NCBI GenBank assembly: GCA_050246635.1
Contig: JBFWVR010000005.1
Location: 370,844-434,843 of the forward strand
DNA length: 64,000 nt
Direction: 5' to 3'
DNA from: Vicinamibacterales bacterium
GTDB taxonomy: Bacteria > Acidobacteriota > Vicinamibacteria > Vicinamibacterales > UBA2999
The position numbers and the translations under genes were made by a program. Numbering within the stretch: position 1 is the first letter of the stretch; every line of letters begins with the position of its first letter. Shown piece after piece: positions 1 to 8,491 of the stretch. The notes under the pieces were generated by a model. The model did no database searches. It had not been told where the DNA came from and saw nothing but the letters and a program-made list of their open reading frames with translations.

Positions 1-212
1 GGAAGGGCCGCGCGGGCGAGGCGGCCGGCCAGGCGTGGCAGCACCGCGAAGATCAGGACGAGGACGGCGAGCTCGACGCTGAACGCCCAGGCCCAGGTGA
101 TCTTCGGCGTCGGCCAGACGTTGGCGAAGGTCAGCGAGGCGTTGAGGACGAGCAGGGCCAGCGCGGCGGCGGGCCACGTGGTCCACGGGGACGGGTGCGT
201 GCGGGTGTTCAC
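1..212 (-). CDS. membrane protein, N-terminal fragment (continues past left window edge)
   Basis: My own translation of the minus strand from GTG at 212 gives (M)NTRTHPSPWTTWPAAALALLVLNASLTFANVWPTPKITWAWAFSVELAVLVLIFAVL..., with two hydrophobic helices and no stop before position 1. It lies 29 nt downstream of ribA. It is absent from the ORF track because it is truncated. No clear SD. Confidence 0.3.
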   Translation of the reverse strand, partial: MNTRTHPSPWTTWPAAALALLVLNASLTFANVWPTPKITWAWAFSVELAVLVLIFAVLPRLAGRLARAAL

Positions 213-240
213 GGGGTGGAGCGGCCACCCGGCCGCCGGA

Positions 241-891
241 TCAGACCGACGACAGCAGGTGCCCGAGCTTGTCCTTCTTGGTCTTCAGGTAACGCCGGGT
301 GCCATCGGTGGCTGCAATCTCGAGCGGCAGCCGTTCGGTGACCGTGAGGCCTTCGCCGGTGACGGCGGCGAGCTTGCGCGGGTTGTTGCTGAGCAGCCGC
401 ACCGACCGCACGCCGAGGTCCCGCAGCATGCCGATCGCGGCACGGTAGTCACGGATGTCGGCGGGAAAGCCGAGGCGTTCGTTGGCCTCGACGGTGTCGC
501 AGCCCTCGTCCTGCAGGGCGTAGGCGCGGATCTTGTTGGCCAGGCCGATTCCGCGGCCCTCCTGGTTGAGGTAGAGCAGCACGCCACGTCCTTCCTCGGC
601 GATGCGCGCGAGGGCGGCGTTCAACTGGTGGCCGCAGTCACAGCGCGCCGAGTGCAGGATGTCGCCGGTCAGGCAGGAGGAGTGCACGCGGGTGAGGAGG
701 TTCTCGCCGTCGCCGATCGTGCCGCGCACGAGGGCGACGTGCGTCTGGCCGTCCACCGGGTGCTCGTAGACGTGGATGGTGAAGTCGCCGTACTCGGTCG
801 GCAGCTTCGCGGTCGCGACGCGCTGGATGATCGGTCGGCGGATGACGGTGTTGACGAGCGCGAGGGCGTGCGTACGGACCCACAGAAGCAT
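241..891 (-). CDS. ribA: GTP cyclohydrolase II
   Basis: 216 aa with an ATG start. Zn-site residues are present (SSCLTGD, CDCG). The blocks LLYLNQEGRGIGLANKIRAYALQDEGCDTVEAN and DIRDY are characteristic of RibA. Confidence 0.9.
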   Translation of the reverse strand: MLLWVRTHALALVNTVIRRPIIQRVATAKLPTEYGDFTIHVYEHPVDGQTHVALVRGTIGDGENLLTRVHSSCLTGDILHSARCDCGHQLNAALARIAEEGRGVLLYLNQEGRGIGLANKIRAYALQDEGCDTVEANERLGFPADIRDYRAAIGMLRDLGVRSVRLLSNNPRKLAAVTGEGLTVTERLPLEIAATDGTRRYLKTKKDKLGHLLSSV

Positions 892-1034
892 GGCGGTTTC
901 CAGACCTGCTCAACCGTAAGCTCTCATCGTAGAAGGGGATACGTATGGTGTCAAACCTGTGTCGGCCAGGTGGCGGTGCCCCCCCGCGCCCCGCGCCCGC
1001 CAGGAGGCAAGCGCCTGCGGGGTAAAATGCGGCG

Positions 1035-2012
1035 GTGCCCGAACCGTTGCGCCTGGCCTTCCTCGGCTGTGGCTTCATCACCGAGGTCCACAGCCGGCAC
1101 CTCCGGAAGCTGGGTGGGGCATTCCAGCCGAGCTACGCCAGCCGCGACCGCACCCGCGCCGAGACCTTCCGCCAGCGCCTCGGCGGCGCCCGGGCCTTCG
1201 GGAGCTATGTCGAGGCCATCGAGGATCCCGCCATCGACGCGGTGTCCGTCGCGGTGCCACCCAGGTTCCACCTGGACCTGGTGCGGCGGGCGCTCGAGGC
1301 CGGCAAACACGTGCTGGTGGAGAAGCCGGCGTTCCTCACGATGGCCGACTACGAGACCGTGCTGGCGGCGCGCGATCGCGCCGGCCGGGTGATCATCGTG
1401 GGCGAGAACGACCACTACAAGCCGCTGGCGGTCTGCCTGCGGCAGCTCCTCGCCGAGCGCCGCATCGGCGATCTCGTCTTCGCGCATTTCACGACGCTGG
1501 CGCGGCGGCTGAAGGCCGCGGATGACTGGCGGAACGACGAGTCGATGGCCGGGGGCGACGCCTTCTTCGAGGAGGGCATCCACTGGCTGCACATCGCCGG
1601 CAGCCTGGGGCCGCGGATCGTCGACATCCACGGCTATCGGCCGCTGCCGTCCCGCGAGGGGCCGGACCGACGGGTGAAGAGCATGATGGTGGCGTTCCGC
1701 TACGACACCGGCGCGGTGGGCGCGTTGTACTACTCGCGGGAGGTGCCCTCGCTCCTCCGGGGCCTGCGCGTGTCGAAGCTGTTCGGGCGGGACGGCATCA
1801 TCAGCTTCGAGTCGAACGGCGCGTTCGTCGTGCTGCGCGGCCGCGGCGGCCCGCGGGTGATCGTCCCGGGCCTCCGCGACATTCGCGGCTACCAGGCGAT
1901 GTACCGCGACTTCGCGCGCGCGATTCACGTCGGCGGGCAGCCGGAGATGAGCCTCGAGCGGGCCATCGACGACCAGCGCCTCATGGATCGGATCTACGCG
2001 ACCGTCGCCTGA
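1035..2012 (+). CDS. Gfo/Idh/MocA family NAD(P)-dependent oxidoreductase
   Basis: 325 aa with a GTG start. It has the N-terminal Rossmann segment LRLAFLGCGFI and the family EKP motif (HVLVEKPAF). Confidence 0.8.
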   Translation: MPEPLRLAFLGCGFITEVHSRHLRKLGGAFQPSYASRDRTRAETFRQRLGGARAFGSYVEAIEDPAIDAVSVAVPPRFHLDLVRRALEAGKHVLVEKPAFLTMADYETVLAARDRAGRVIIVGENDHYKPLAVCLRQLLAERRIGDLVFAHFTTLARRLKAADDWRNDESMAGGDAFFEEGIHWLHIAGSLGPRIVDIHGYRPLPSREGPDRRVKSMMVAFRYDTGAVGALYYSREVPSLLRGLRVSKLFGRDGIISFESNGAFVVLRGRGGPRVIVPGLRDIRGYQAMYRDFARAIHVGGQPEMSLERAIDDQRLMDRIYATVA

Positions 2013-2023
2013 TCGAAACGTCG

Positions 2024-3562
2024 ATGCGCCACGATTACTACGACATCTTGATCATCGGCAGCGGGGCGGGCGGCGGCACGCTCGCCCGGGCCCTCGCGGG
2101 CACGCCGGCCCGCGTGCTGCTGGTCGAACGGGGCCAGCCCGTGCCGCGGGAGCCGCAGAACCGCGACCCCGAGGCCGTGTGGCGGGACCTGCGCTACCGG
2201 GCCACGGAGCGCTGGCTCGACGATCGCGGGGAGGCCTTCCAGCCGTATACGCACTACAACGTGGGCGGCAACACGCGGTTCTGGGGCAGCGTGCTGTACC
2301 GGCTGCGCCGGGAGGACTTCGGCACGCTCGCGCTGGCCGACGGCGAGTCGCCCGCCTGGCCGATCGACTACGACACGCTCGCCCCCTATTACGACCGCGC
2401 CGAGCGGATGTACGAGGTGCACGGCGAGGCCGGCGCGGATCCGACCGATCCGCCACGCGGCCCGTTCCCGTTCCCGCCCATCCCGCACGCCGCCGGCATG
2501 TCGGGCCTCGTCGACCGCCTGCGCGGGTTCGGCCTCCATCCGTCGCCACTGCCGCTGGGCCTGCTCGGCCCGGGCACCCCCGGCGGCTGCGAGCTCTGCA
2601 ACACCTGCAACTCGTTCCCGTGTCACCTCGACGCCAAGAGCGACGCCGACGTCTGCGGCGTCCGTCCGGCGCTGGCCGCCGGCAACGTCACGCTGTGGAC
2701 CGGGGCGCGGGCGCGGCGCCTGCTGACGGACCCCTCCGGCCGCCGCGTCGCCGGCGCGGAGATCGAGCGGGACGGCGCGTTCGTCCGGGTCGACGCCGGC
2801 CTCGTCATCGTCTCGTGCGGGGCGGTCAACTCGGCCGCGCTGCTGCTCGCGTCCGCGACCGACCGGCATCCGCAGGGCCTCGCGAACTCGTCCGGCCTGG
2901 TGGGCCGCCGCTACATGGCGCACCTGGCGACCATGATGCAGGGGTTCCATCCCTTCCGCGTGAACACGGACGTGTTCCAGAAGACGGTGTCGATCAACGA
3001 CTACTACTTCCAGGGGCCGGACGGGGGGCCGCCGCTCGGGCAGATCCAGTCCCAGGGACGCACGCACGGCGTGATGGCCCAGACGGTCGTGCCCTGGATC
3101 CCGCGGTGGGCCTACGACGCCTGGGTGGCGCGCGGCGTGGACTGGCTCGTGATGTCGGAGGACCTGCCGACGCCGGAGAACCGGGTGGTGCTCACGCCGG
3201 ATGGCACCGTGCAGCTCGTCTATCATCCGAACAACGTCGGCGCGCACGAGCGGCTCGTGGGGGAGATGCGGCGGCTGCTGCGGCGGCTCGGCTTCTGGAT
3301 CACCGTGGCGCACTCGCACAAGACGCGCAACACCACCCACCAGTGCGGCACCGTCGTCTTCGGTACCGATCCCCGCACGTCGGTGCTCGATCCCTACTGC
3401 CGCACCCACGACGTCGAGAACCTGTTCGTCGTCGATGCCTCGTTCTTCCCCTCGTCTGCGGCGGTGAACCCGGCCCTGACGATCATCGCCCAGGCGCTGC
3501 GGGTCGGAGACCACATCAAGGCGACGGTGCTCCGGGAGGGTCCCGGAGGAATGGAGAATTGA
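2024..3562 (+). CDS. GMC family FAD-dependent oxidoreductase
   Basis: 512 aa with an ATG start. The N-terminal FAD fold is YDILIIGSGAGGGTLA. The C-terminal GMC signature region is HQCGTVVFG...LFVVDASFFPSSAAVNPALTIIAQALRV. Confidence 0.85.
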   Translation: MRHDYYDILIIGSGAGGGTLARALAGTPARVLLVERGQPVPREPQNRDPEAVWRDLRYRATERWLDDRGEAFQPYTHYNVGGNTRFWGSVLYRLRREDFGTLALADGESPAWPIDYDTLAPYYDRAERMYEVHGEAGADPTDPPRGPFPFPPIPHAAGMSGLVDRLRGFGLHPSPLPLGLLGPGTPGGCELCNTCNSFPCHLDAKSDADVCGVRPALAAGNVTLWTGARARRLLTDPSGRRVAGAEIERDGAFVRVDAGLVIVSCGAVNSAALLLASATDRHPQGLANSSGLVGRRYMAHLATMMQGFHPFRVNTDVFQKTVSINDYYFQGPDGGPPLGQIQSQGRTHGVMAQTVVPWIPRWAYDAWVARGVDWLVMSEDLPTPENRVVLTPDGTVQLVYHPNNVGAHERLVGEMRRLLRRLGFWITVAHSHKTRNTTHQCGTVVFGTDPRTSVLDPYCRTHDVENLFVVDASFFPSSAAVNPALTIIAQALRVGDHIKATVLREGPGGMEN

Positions 3563-3575
3563 GAAAGCGAATCGG

Positions 3576-3636
3576 GAAAGGAAGTGCGGAATGGGGAATT
3601 CAGAACTTCCTCATTCCGGCCTTCCTTTCTTGATTC
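3576..3636 (+). terminator. long imperfect hairpin plus T-rich tail downstream of the GMC oxidoreductase gene
   Basis: The arms gaaaggaagtgcggaatg (3576-3593) and cattccggccttcctttc (3612-3629) pair at 16 of 18 positions. An inner ggaa/ttcc pair extends the stem. The tail is ttgattc. The hairpin starts 14 nt after the TGA at 3560-3562, in an unusually AT-rich stretch. Confidence 0.45.
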
Positions 3637-3691
3637 GAGATTCTCGATTCTGAATTGTCCTCTGTGTCGGCAACCGCAAGGAGATGAGATC

Positions 3692-4222
3692 GTGAGAGCC
3701 CGGTCGTTCAGCCACGTCGGCATCACCGTGAGGGACTTCAACCAGTTCGTGCAGTTCTACTGGGACGTCTTCGGCTGCCCGCTCGTCGGCGTCGCGGACA
3801 CGGCTCCGGACCGCGTCCGCGCCTTCTTCGGCGTCGACGCGGAAGCTCCCTCCTGCAAGATTGGATGGATTCGCGTGCCGGGTGGCGCCGTGCTCGAGAT
3901 CTTCGAGTTCCAGCCGCAGCAGGGCGCGATCGACGTGCCGTGGAACCGCGTCGGGCAGACGCACTTCTCCTTCAACGTCCGCAACACCCAGAAGTGGCAC
4001 GACTATCTCGTGAGCAAGGGCGTCGAGATCGTCAGCCGGCCGGAGCGCTCACCGCGGGGGCACACCTTCTTCTTCGCGCGTGACTGCGACGGCAACCTCA
4101 TCGAGCTGATGGACCTCGGCTACATGCACCACGTGCTCGGCTGGCTCGGCCCCCTGGGCGGATGGTTGTTCCGCCGCGGGATGTACAAGTCCTACTACGG
4201 CGAGAAGGCCGTGCGGGGCTGA
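3692..4222 (+). CDS. VOC (glyoxalase/bleomycin-resistance/dioxygenase) family protein
   Basis: I moved the start to GTG 3692, which has AAGGAG 8 nt upstream. The track ORF from 3584 runs through the terminator hairpin. The paired beta-alpha-beta-beta-beta modules are visible (FSHVGITVRDF...; HFSFNV...DCDGNLIELMD). Confidence 0.75.
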   Translation: MRARSFSHVGITVRDFNQFVQFYWDVFGCPLVGVADTAPDRVRAFFGVDAEAPSCKIGWIRVPGGAVLEIFEFQPQQGAIDVPWNRVGQTHFSFNVRNTQKWHDYLVSKGVEIVSRPERSPRGHTFFFARDCDGNLIELMDLGYMHHVLGWLGPLGGWLFRRGMYKSYYGEKAVRG

Positions 4223-4229
4223 GGCCGGG

Positions 4230-5201
4230 CTACTTCTTGTCGCCCGGGCGGCGGGGCCACCGGTGCGTGGCCAGGGCCTGCAGCGTCGCCTCGTCGAGGG
4301 GCGCGGCGTCGGCAGCGGCCAGGTTCGCCTCCACGTGCCGGACGCGGCGCATTCCGGGAATGGTCGTGGTCACCGCCGGGTGGGCGAGCACGAAGCGCAG
4401 GGCGAGCTCGGGCAGCGCCATCCCGCGATCGGCGGCGAGCGCCTCGAGCGGCGCGAGGCGCGCGAGCGTGTCGGCGAGGTGGCCTGGCGTGAAGTAGCCG
4501 TTCCTGAAGTCGCCCTCGGGCCAGCGGCTGCCGGCCGTCAGCGTGCCCGTCAGGCTCCCTTCGTCGAAGGGCACCCGTGCGATCACGCCAATGCCTCGCT
4601 TCGCACAGGCGGGAAAGAGGACATCGGCGGCCGACTGGTCGAAGACGTTGTAGACGACCTGCACGGCGTCCACCGCGCCCGTCTCGATTGCCGCCAGGAC
4701 GTTCTCCGGGTCCCAGCGCGTCACGCTGATTCCGAACGCCCGGATGAGCCCGCGGCGCTTCAGGTCGGCCGCGGCCCGCTGCCAGCCGTCCGCGCCTGCC
4801 CAGCGGTCGTGCCAGACGTGCAGCTGGAGCAGCCCCATCGTGGACGTCCCGAGGTTGGCCAGGCTCTTCTCCGCGAACTCGATGATGTGGTCGTACGGGT
4901 AGACCTGCTCGACGGGCGTGTCGGCGCGCGCCGGCCAGACGCGGTCACGGGGCGGCACCTTGGTGGCCGCGACGAGATCCCGCGAGCGGTGCCGCGCCAG
5001 GAGCGCACCGAGAAGCCGCTCGCTGTGGCCCTCCCCGTAGGCCCAGGCCGTGTCGAAGAACGTGCAGCCGCACGCGACCGCCCGATCGAGCGCGCGGGCC
5101 GACTCCGCGTCGTCGGACCCGCTCCAGGCCCCCATGCCCCACATGCCGTAGCCGATGGCCGACCAGGGATCGCCGATGCGCGCCGCCGTCCGGTACTGCA
5201 T
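4230..5201 (-). CDS. aldo/keto reductase
   Basis: The start is ATG 5201 (MQYRT...); the track start at 5207 is a GTG. The protein has an AKR-like N-terminus, then FFDTAWAYGEGHSE and the later GVIARVPFDEGSLTG and IPGMRRVRHVEANL blocks. Confidence 0.85.
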   Translation of the reverse strand: MQYRTAARIGDPWSAIGYGMWGMGAWSGSDDAESARALDRAVACGCTFFDTAWAYGEGHSERLLGALLARHRSRDLVAATKVPPRDRVWPARADTPVEQVYPYDHIIEFAEKSLANLGTSTMGLLQLHVWHDRWAGADGWQRAAADLKRRGLIRAFGISVTRWDPENVLAAIETGAVDAVQVVYNVFDQSAADVLFPACAKRGIGVIARVPFDEGSLTGTLTAGSRWPEGDFRNGYFTPGHLADTLARLAPLEALAADRGMALPELALRFVLAHPAVTTTIPGMRRVRHVEANLAAADAAPLDEATLQALATHRWPRRPGDKK

Positions 5202-5325
5202 GCACACAGCTTACCCGAGCGCTGGCGGGCGGGCGTTCCGACGGGACGTGGTCAAGCAGGTGGAGACGGGAGGCGAGGGGGAAGGGACGACACGAGAAGG
5301 GGGATGGTCTCGTGTCGCGGGCCGA

Positions 5326-6822
5326 TCAACCGGCGGCGCCCGACGACTGCGACGGGCCGTCGCGTGCCAGCCGCAGTCCTGGCCGGCCCGGCGCGTCGTC
5401 CTCGAGGCCGTTGTCGCGAATCTTGGCGAGCAGGGTCTTGTAGCTGACCCCGAGCCGCTTGGCGGTGGCCTTGCGGTTCCAGCGCATCTCCTTGAGGATG
5501 CCGAGAATCAGCTCGCGTTCGACCTCGCGTGCGGCGGTGCGGGACGCCGACTTGAGCGACGGCGTCGTGTTGCGGTCGGCCGCCGTCGCCCGCGGCTGCG
5601 CGGGGGCCACCTGCACCTCGCGGGTCGCCACCCGGGGCGCGGGAGGCTTGGCGGCGTTGCCGGCGAGCCCAAGGGCGATGTCCTCGCGGGCCTGCGCCTC
5701 GGTGCCGAGGATGATCATGCGCTGGATGATGTTCTCGAGCTCCCGGATGTTGCCCGGCCAGTGGTACTCGAGAAAGAGCCGGAGGGTCTCCGGCGAGATG
5801 GGCATGTACGGCTTGTCGTACTGCACCGAGTACTTCCGGACGAAGTGCTCGGCGAGCACGGGAATCTCGTCGATGCGCTCCCGCAGCGGGGGCAGCACGA
5901 TCGAGATGACGTTCAGGCGGAAGAAGAGGTCCTCGCGGAAGCGGCCCTCGGCGATCTCCTGCTCGAGGTCGCGGTTGGTGGCGGCGATGATGCGGACGTC
6001 CACGTGGGTGTCCTGGGTGCCGCCGAGCCGCGAGAACTCGCCGTCCTGCAGCACCTGCAGCAGCTTCGCCTGCATGCCGCCGCCGAGCTCCCCGATTTCG
6101 TCCAGGAAGATCGTGCCCTGGTTGGCGAACTCGAACTTCCCGAGCTTGCGCTGGGTCGCGCCGGTGAAGGCGCCCCGCTCGAAGCCGAAGAGCTCCGACT
6201 CGAGGAGCTCCGTCGGCAGCGCCGCGCAGTTGACCTTCACGAAGGGGCGGCCTTCCCTCATGGTGGAGGCCGCAATCTCGCGAGCGACGAGCTCCTTGCC
6301 CGTGCCGCTCTCGCCGCGCACCAGGACCGTGCAGTCGACGTCGCGCACGTTCTCGATGATGCGGCGGATCTCCGCCATCCGGCTGCTCTGCCCGAGCAGC
6401 AGCCGGCCGCGCGGCCCCGTGTTGTCGGACCCGCCGCCAGGACGATCCGCTCGCCGCTGCTTGAGGACCGACGCCACCCGGACCGTCAGGTCGATGGCAT
6501 CGAAGGGTTTGCTGACGAACTCCGAGGCGCCCAGCTTCATCGCCTGGACGACAACGGACGTCTCGCTGTGGCTCGAGACCACGACCACGGGCAACGCCCG
6601 GTCGAGGCGCTTGAAGGCCGTGAGGCCGGCCGGCCCGGCCGGGCCGTCGGGGCCCGCCATGTCGAGCACGACGAGGGCGGGGGAAGTGCGTCGCGCCGAG
6701 ACCAGACCGTCCTCATGGGTCGAGCACTCGACGAAATCGTAATCATCGGAGAACGACGCGCGAAGCACGCCGGTGAGCGCCGGGGCGCAGCAGACAAGAA
6801 CAATGTGTGGCTTACCGGTCAT
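5326..6822 (-). CDS. sigma54-dependent Fis-family response regulator (EBP1)
   Basis: 498 aa; ATG with AGGAG 5 nt upstream. The receiver is followed by an AAA+ domain with Walker A GESGTGKE, an intact GAFTGA loop (ELFGFERGAFTGA), Walker B FLDEI and FREDLFFRLNV. The C-terminal Fis-type HTH is RWNRKATAKRLGVSYKTLLAKI. The receiver acidic pair is replaced (IVLVCCAP). Confidence 0.9.
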   Translation of the reverse strand: MTGKPHIVLVCCAPALTGVLRASFSDDYDFVECSTHEDGLVSARRTSPALVVLDMAGPDGPAGPAGLTAFKRLDRALPVVVVSSHSETSVVVQAMKLGASEFVSKPFDAIDLTVRVASVLKQRRADRPGGGSDNTGPRGRLLLGQSSRMAEIRRIIENVRDVDCTVLVRGESGTGKELVAREIAASTMREGRPFVKVNCAALPTELLESELFGFERGAFTGATQRKLGKFEFANQGTIFLDEIGELGGGMQAKLLQVLQDGEFSRLGGTQDTHVDVRIIAATNRDLEQEIAEGRFREDLFFRLNVISIVLPPLRERIDEIPVLAEHFVRKYSVQYDKPYMPISPETLRLFLEYHWPGNIRELENIIQRMIILGTEAQAREDIALGLAGNAAKPPAPRVATREVQVAPAQPRATAADRNTTPSLKSASRTAAREVERELILGILKEMRWNRKATAKRLGVSYKTLLAKIRDNGLEDDAPGRPGLRLARDGPSQSSGAAG

Positions 6823-6863
6823 CGCAGCTCCTGGGGGGAGTGCACTTTACGGGGCATCCTTGA

Positions 6864-6878
6864 GCAAGCACGATGCCA
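6864..6878 (-). promoter_or_regulatory. sigma54 (-24/-12) promoter upstream of EBP1
   Basis: The minus strand reads TGGCATCGTGCTTGC(T), with GG and GC at the consensus spacing. The predicted TSS is near 6852, 30 nt before ATG 6822. Confidence 0.55.
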
Positions 6879-7153
6879 CTAGTGAATCGCCAATGTACAT
6901 GGGGCCCTCGGAGCGGGACCTCAGCGCGCAGGCGACGCGCGGGGGGCATGTGCTGGCGCATGTGACCCCTCCGAGTGCACAACTGTGACACCACGTTCAC
7001 GGTTGCGGCGGCAGGACCGCGGGAGGGCCGGCGTGATGGGTCTCGCGGTGCCTCTTGAGAGCAGACACCGGACGACACGAGTCACCCCGGGATGCGTGCA
7101 AGGGCCGACCCGGACCGTGGCATGCCGCGTGCAGCCGCCGTGGCATTCCTTCC

Positions 7154-8491
7154 ATGGACCGTCTGCTTCTCATCCAGGACGACTATGACGGCGCCGCGAG
7201 CATCGAGGCCGCGCTCGCCGCGTCAGGCGCGAGCACGTGTGTCGTCCAGACCCTGGCCACCGTCGACGCCGCAGCCGCGGCGTGCCGCGCTCGTGAGGCC
7301 GCGGCCGTCGTCATGGACCTCGGCGGGACGATGCGGCCAGCGCATGCCGCGGTGGCATCGGCCCGTCGCGCGGTGCCGCACCTTCCGCTCGTCGTGATCG
7401 CGTCGGCGGCGATGCGCGCCAGTGCGCTGGACAGCGGGGCCGATGAGTGCCTGACGCCGGAGGAGGTCAGGCACGGCTCAGCCGGACGCGCGATCCGCCA
7501 CCTGCTGGCCCGGCGTGCGGCCGAGGACGCGCTGTACGTGGAGCGCGAGCGGGCCCGCGCCATCCTGGCGCACCTGGGCAGCGCCGTGATCACGACCGAT
7601 GGCGACGGACGGATTGTCGAGTGGAATGCCGTGGCCGGGGACCTGACGGGTCGGCGGGCCGCGGATGTGCAGGGGCGGCCGTTCACCGAGGTCTGTCCGC
7701 TGCATGACGGCGAGGCCGGCGCGCTCGTCGCCGACCCGCTCACGCTCGCGCACGGCACGACGTGCCGGCTGTGCGCGGTCGATGGGAGTGAACGGGTCGT
7801 GCGCGTGGCCGCTTCGCCGATCACCACACGCACCGGCGCGGTCGCGGGCGCCGCTATCGTCCTCAGGCCGGCGGACGTTCGCGGACCCGAGGCCGCCGCA
7901 CCGCGCGTGGACGCGCTGACGGGCCTGCCCGATCGCCTGCGGCTCGACGATCGCCTGAGACAGGCGATGGCCGTGGCGCGGCGCCAGGGCCGTCCCCTGG
8001 CGGTGCTGTTCGTCGACCTCGACGGCTTCAAGCCGGTGAACGACACGATGGGGCATGCCGCCGGCGACGCGCTGCTCCGGATCATGGCCGAGCGCCTGGT
8101 CGGCGCCGTGCGCCGCTCGGACACCGTGAGCCGCTACGGCGGTGACGAGTTCGTGATCATCCTGCCGGATGCGGATGGCGTCGAGGACACACGCACCGTG
8201 ATTGAGAAGATCCAGGAGACGCTGTCGGCGCCCTGCCTTGTCGCAGGCCGCACGGTCGCCCTGACGGCCAGCATCGGCGCGAGCCTCTTCCCGGATGCGG
8301 GGCACACGCCGGAAGACCTGCTCGAGCGTGCGGACGTCGCGATGTACGTGGCGAAGGCGTCAGGGGGCGGCTGCGCGCGGATCTTCGAGGATGGGATGCG
8401 CCTGCCGGGCACGCCGGCGGCGGCCTGGGTGAGCGCGCCGGGGAGCCCGGCCCGCCCACCCGGGACGCCCTACCAGCAGATGCCGCGATAG
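7154..8491 (+). CDS. response-regulator diguanylate cyclase (REC-PAS-GGDEF)
   Basis: I set the start at ATG 7154 (MDRLLLIQDDYDG); the track start at 7055 is a TTG. The receiver has an Asp in VVMDL, and a PAS-like segment (AVITTDGDGRIVEWN) follows. The GGDEF domain carries an intact RYGGDEF active site, with an RxxD I-site (RRSD) 5 residues upstream. Confidence 0.85.
   Translation: MDRLLLIQDDYDGAASIEAALAASGASTCVVQTLATVDAAAAACRAREAAAVVMDLGGTMRPAHAAVASARRAVPHLPLVVIASAAMRASALDSGADECLTPEEVRHGSAGRAIRHLLARRAAEDALYVERERARAILAHLGSAVITTDGDGRIVEWNAVAGDLTGRRAADVQGRPFTEVCPLHDGEAGALVADPLTLAHGTTCRLCAVDGSERVVRVAASPITTRTGAVAGAAIVLRPADVRGPEAAAPRVDALTGLPDRLRLDDRLRQAMAVARRQGRPLAVLFVDLDGFKPVNDTMGHAAGDALLRIMAERLVGAVRRSDTVSRYGGDEFVIILPDADGVEDTRTVIEKIQETLSAPCLVAGRTVALTASIGASLFPDAGHTPEDLLERADVAMYVAKASGGGCARIFEDGMRLPGTPAAAWVSAPGSPARPPGTPYQQMPR

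Noticed and set aside
7118-7133. A sigma54-like match, TGGCATGCCGCGTGCA, upstream of the diguanylate cyclase gene.
   Set aside because: The -12 box is GTGC rather than TTGC. The predicted TSS (~7144) would leave only a ~10-nt leader without an SD before ATG 7154. I kept it as a note only.
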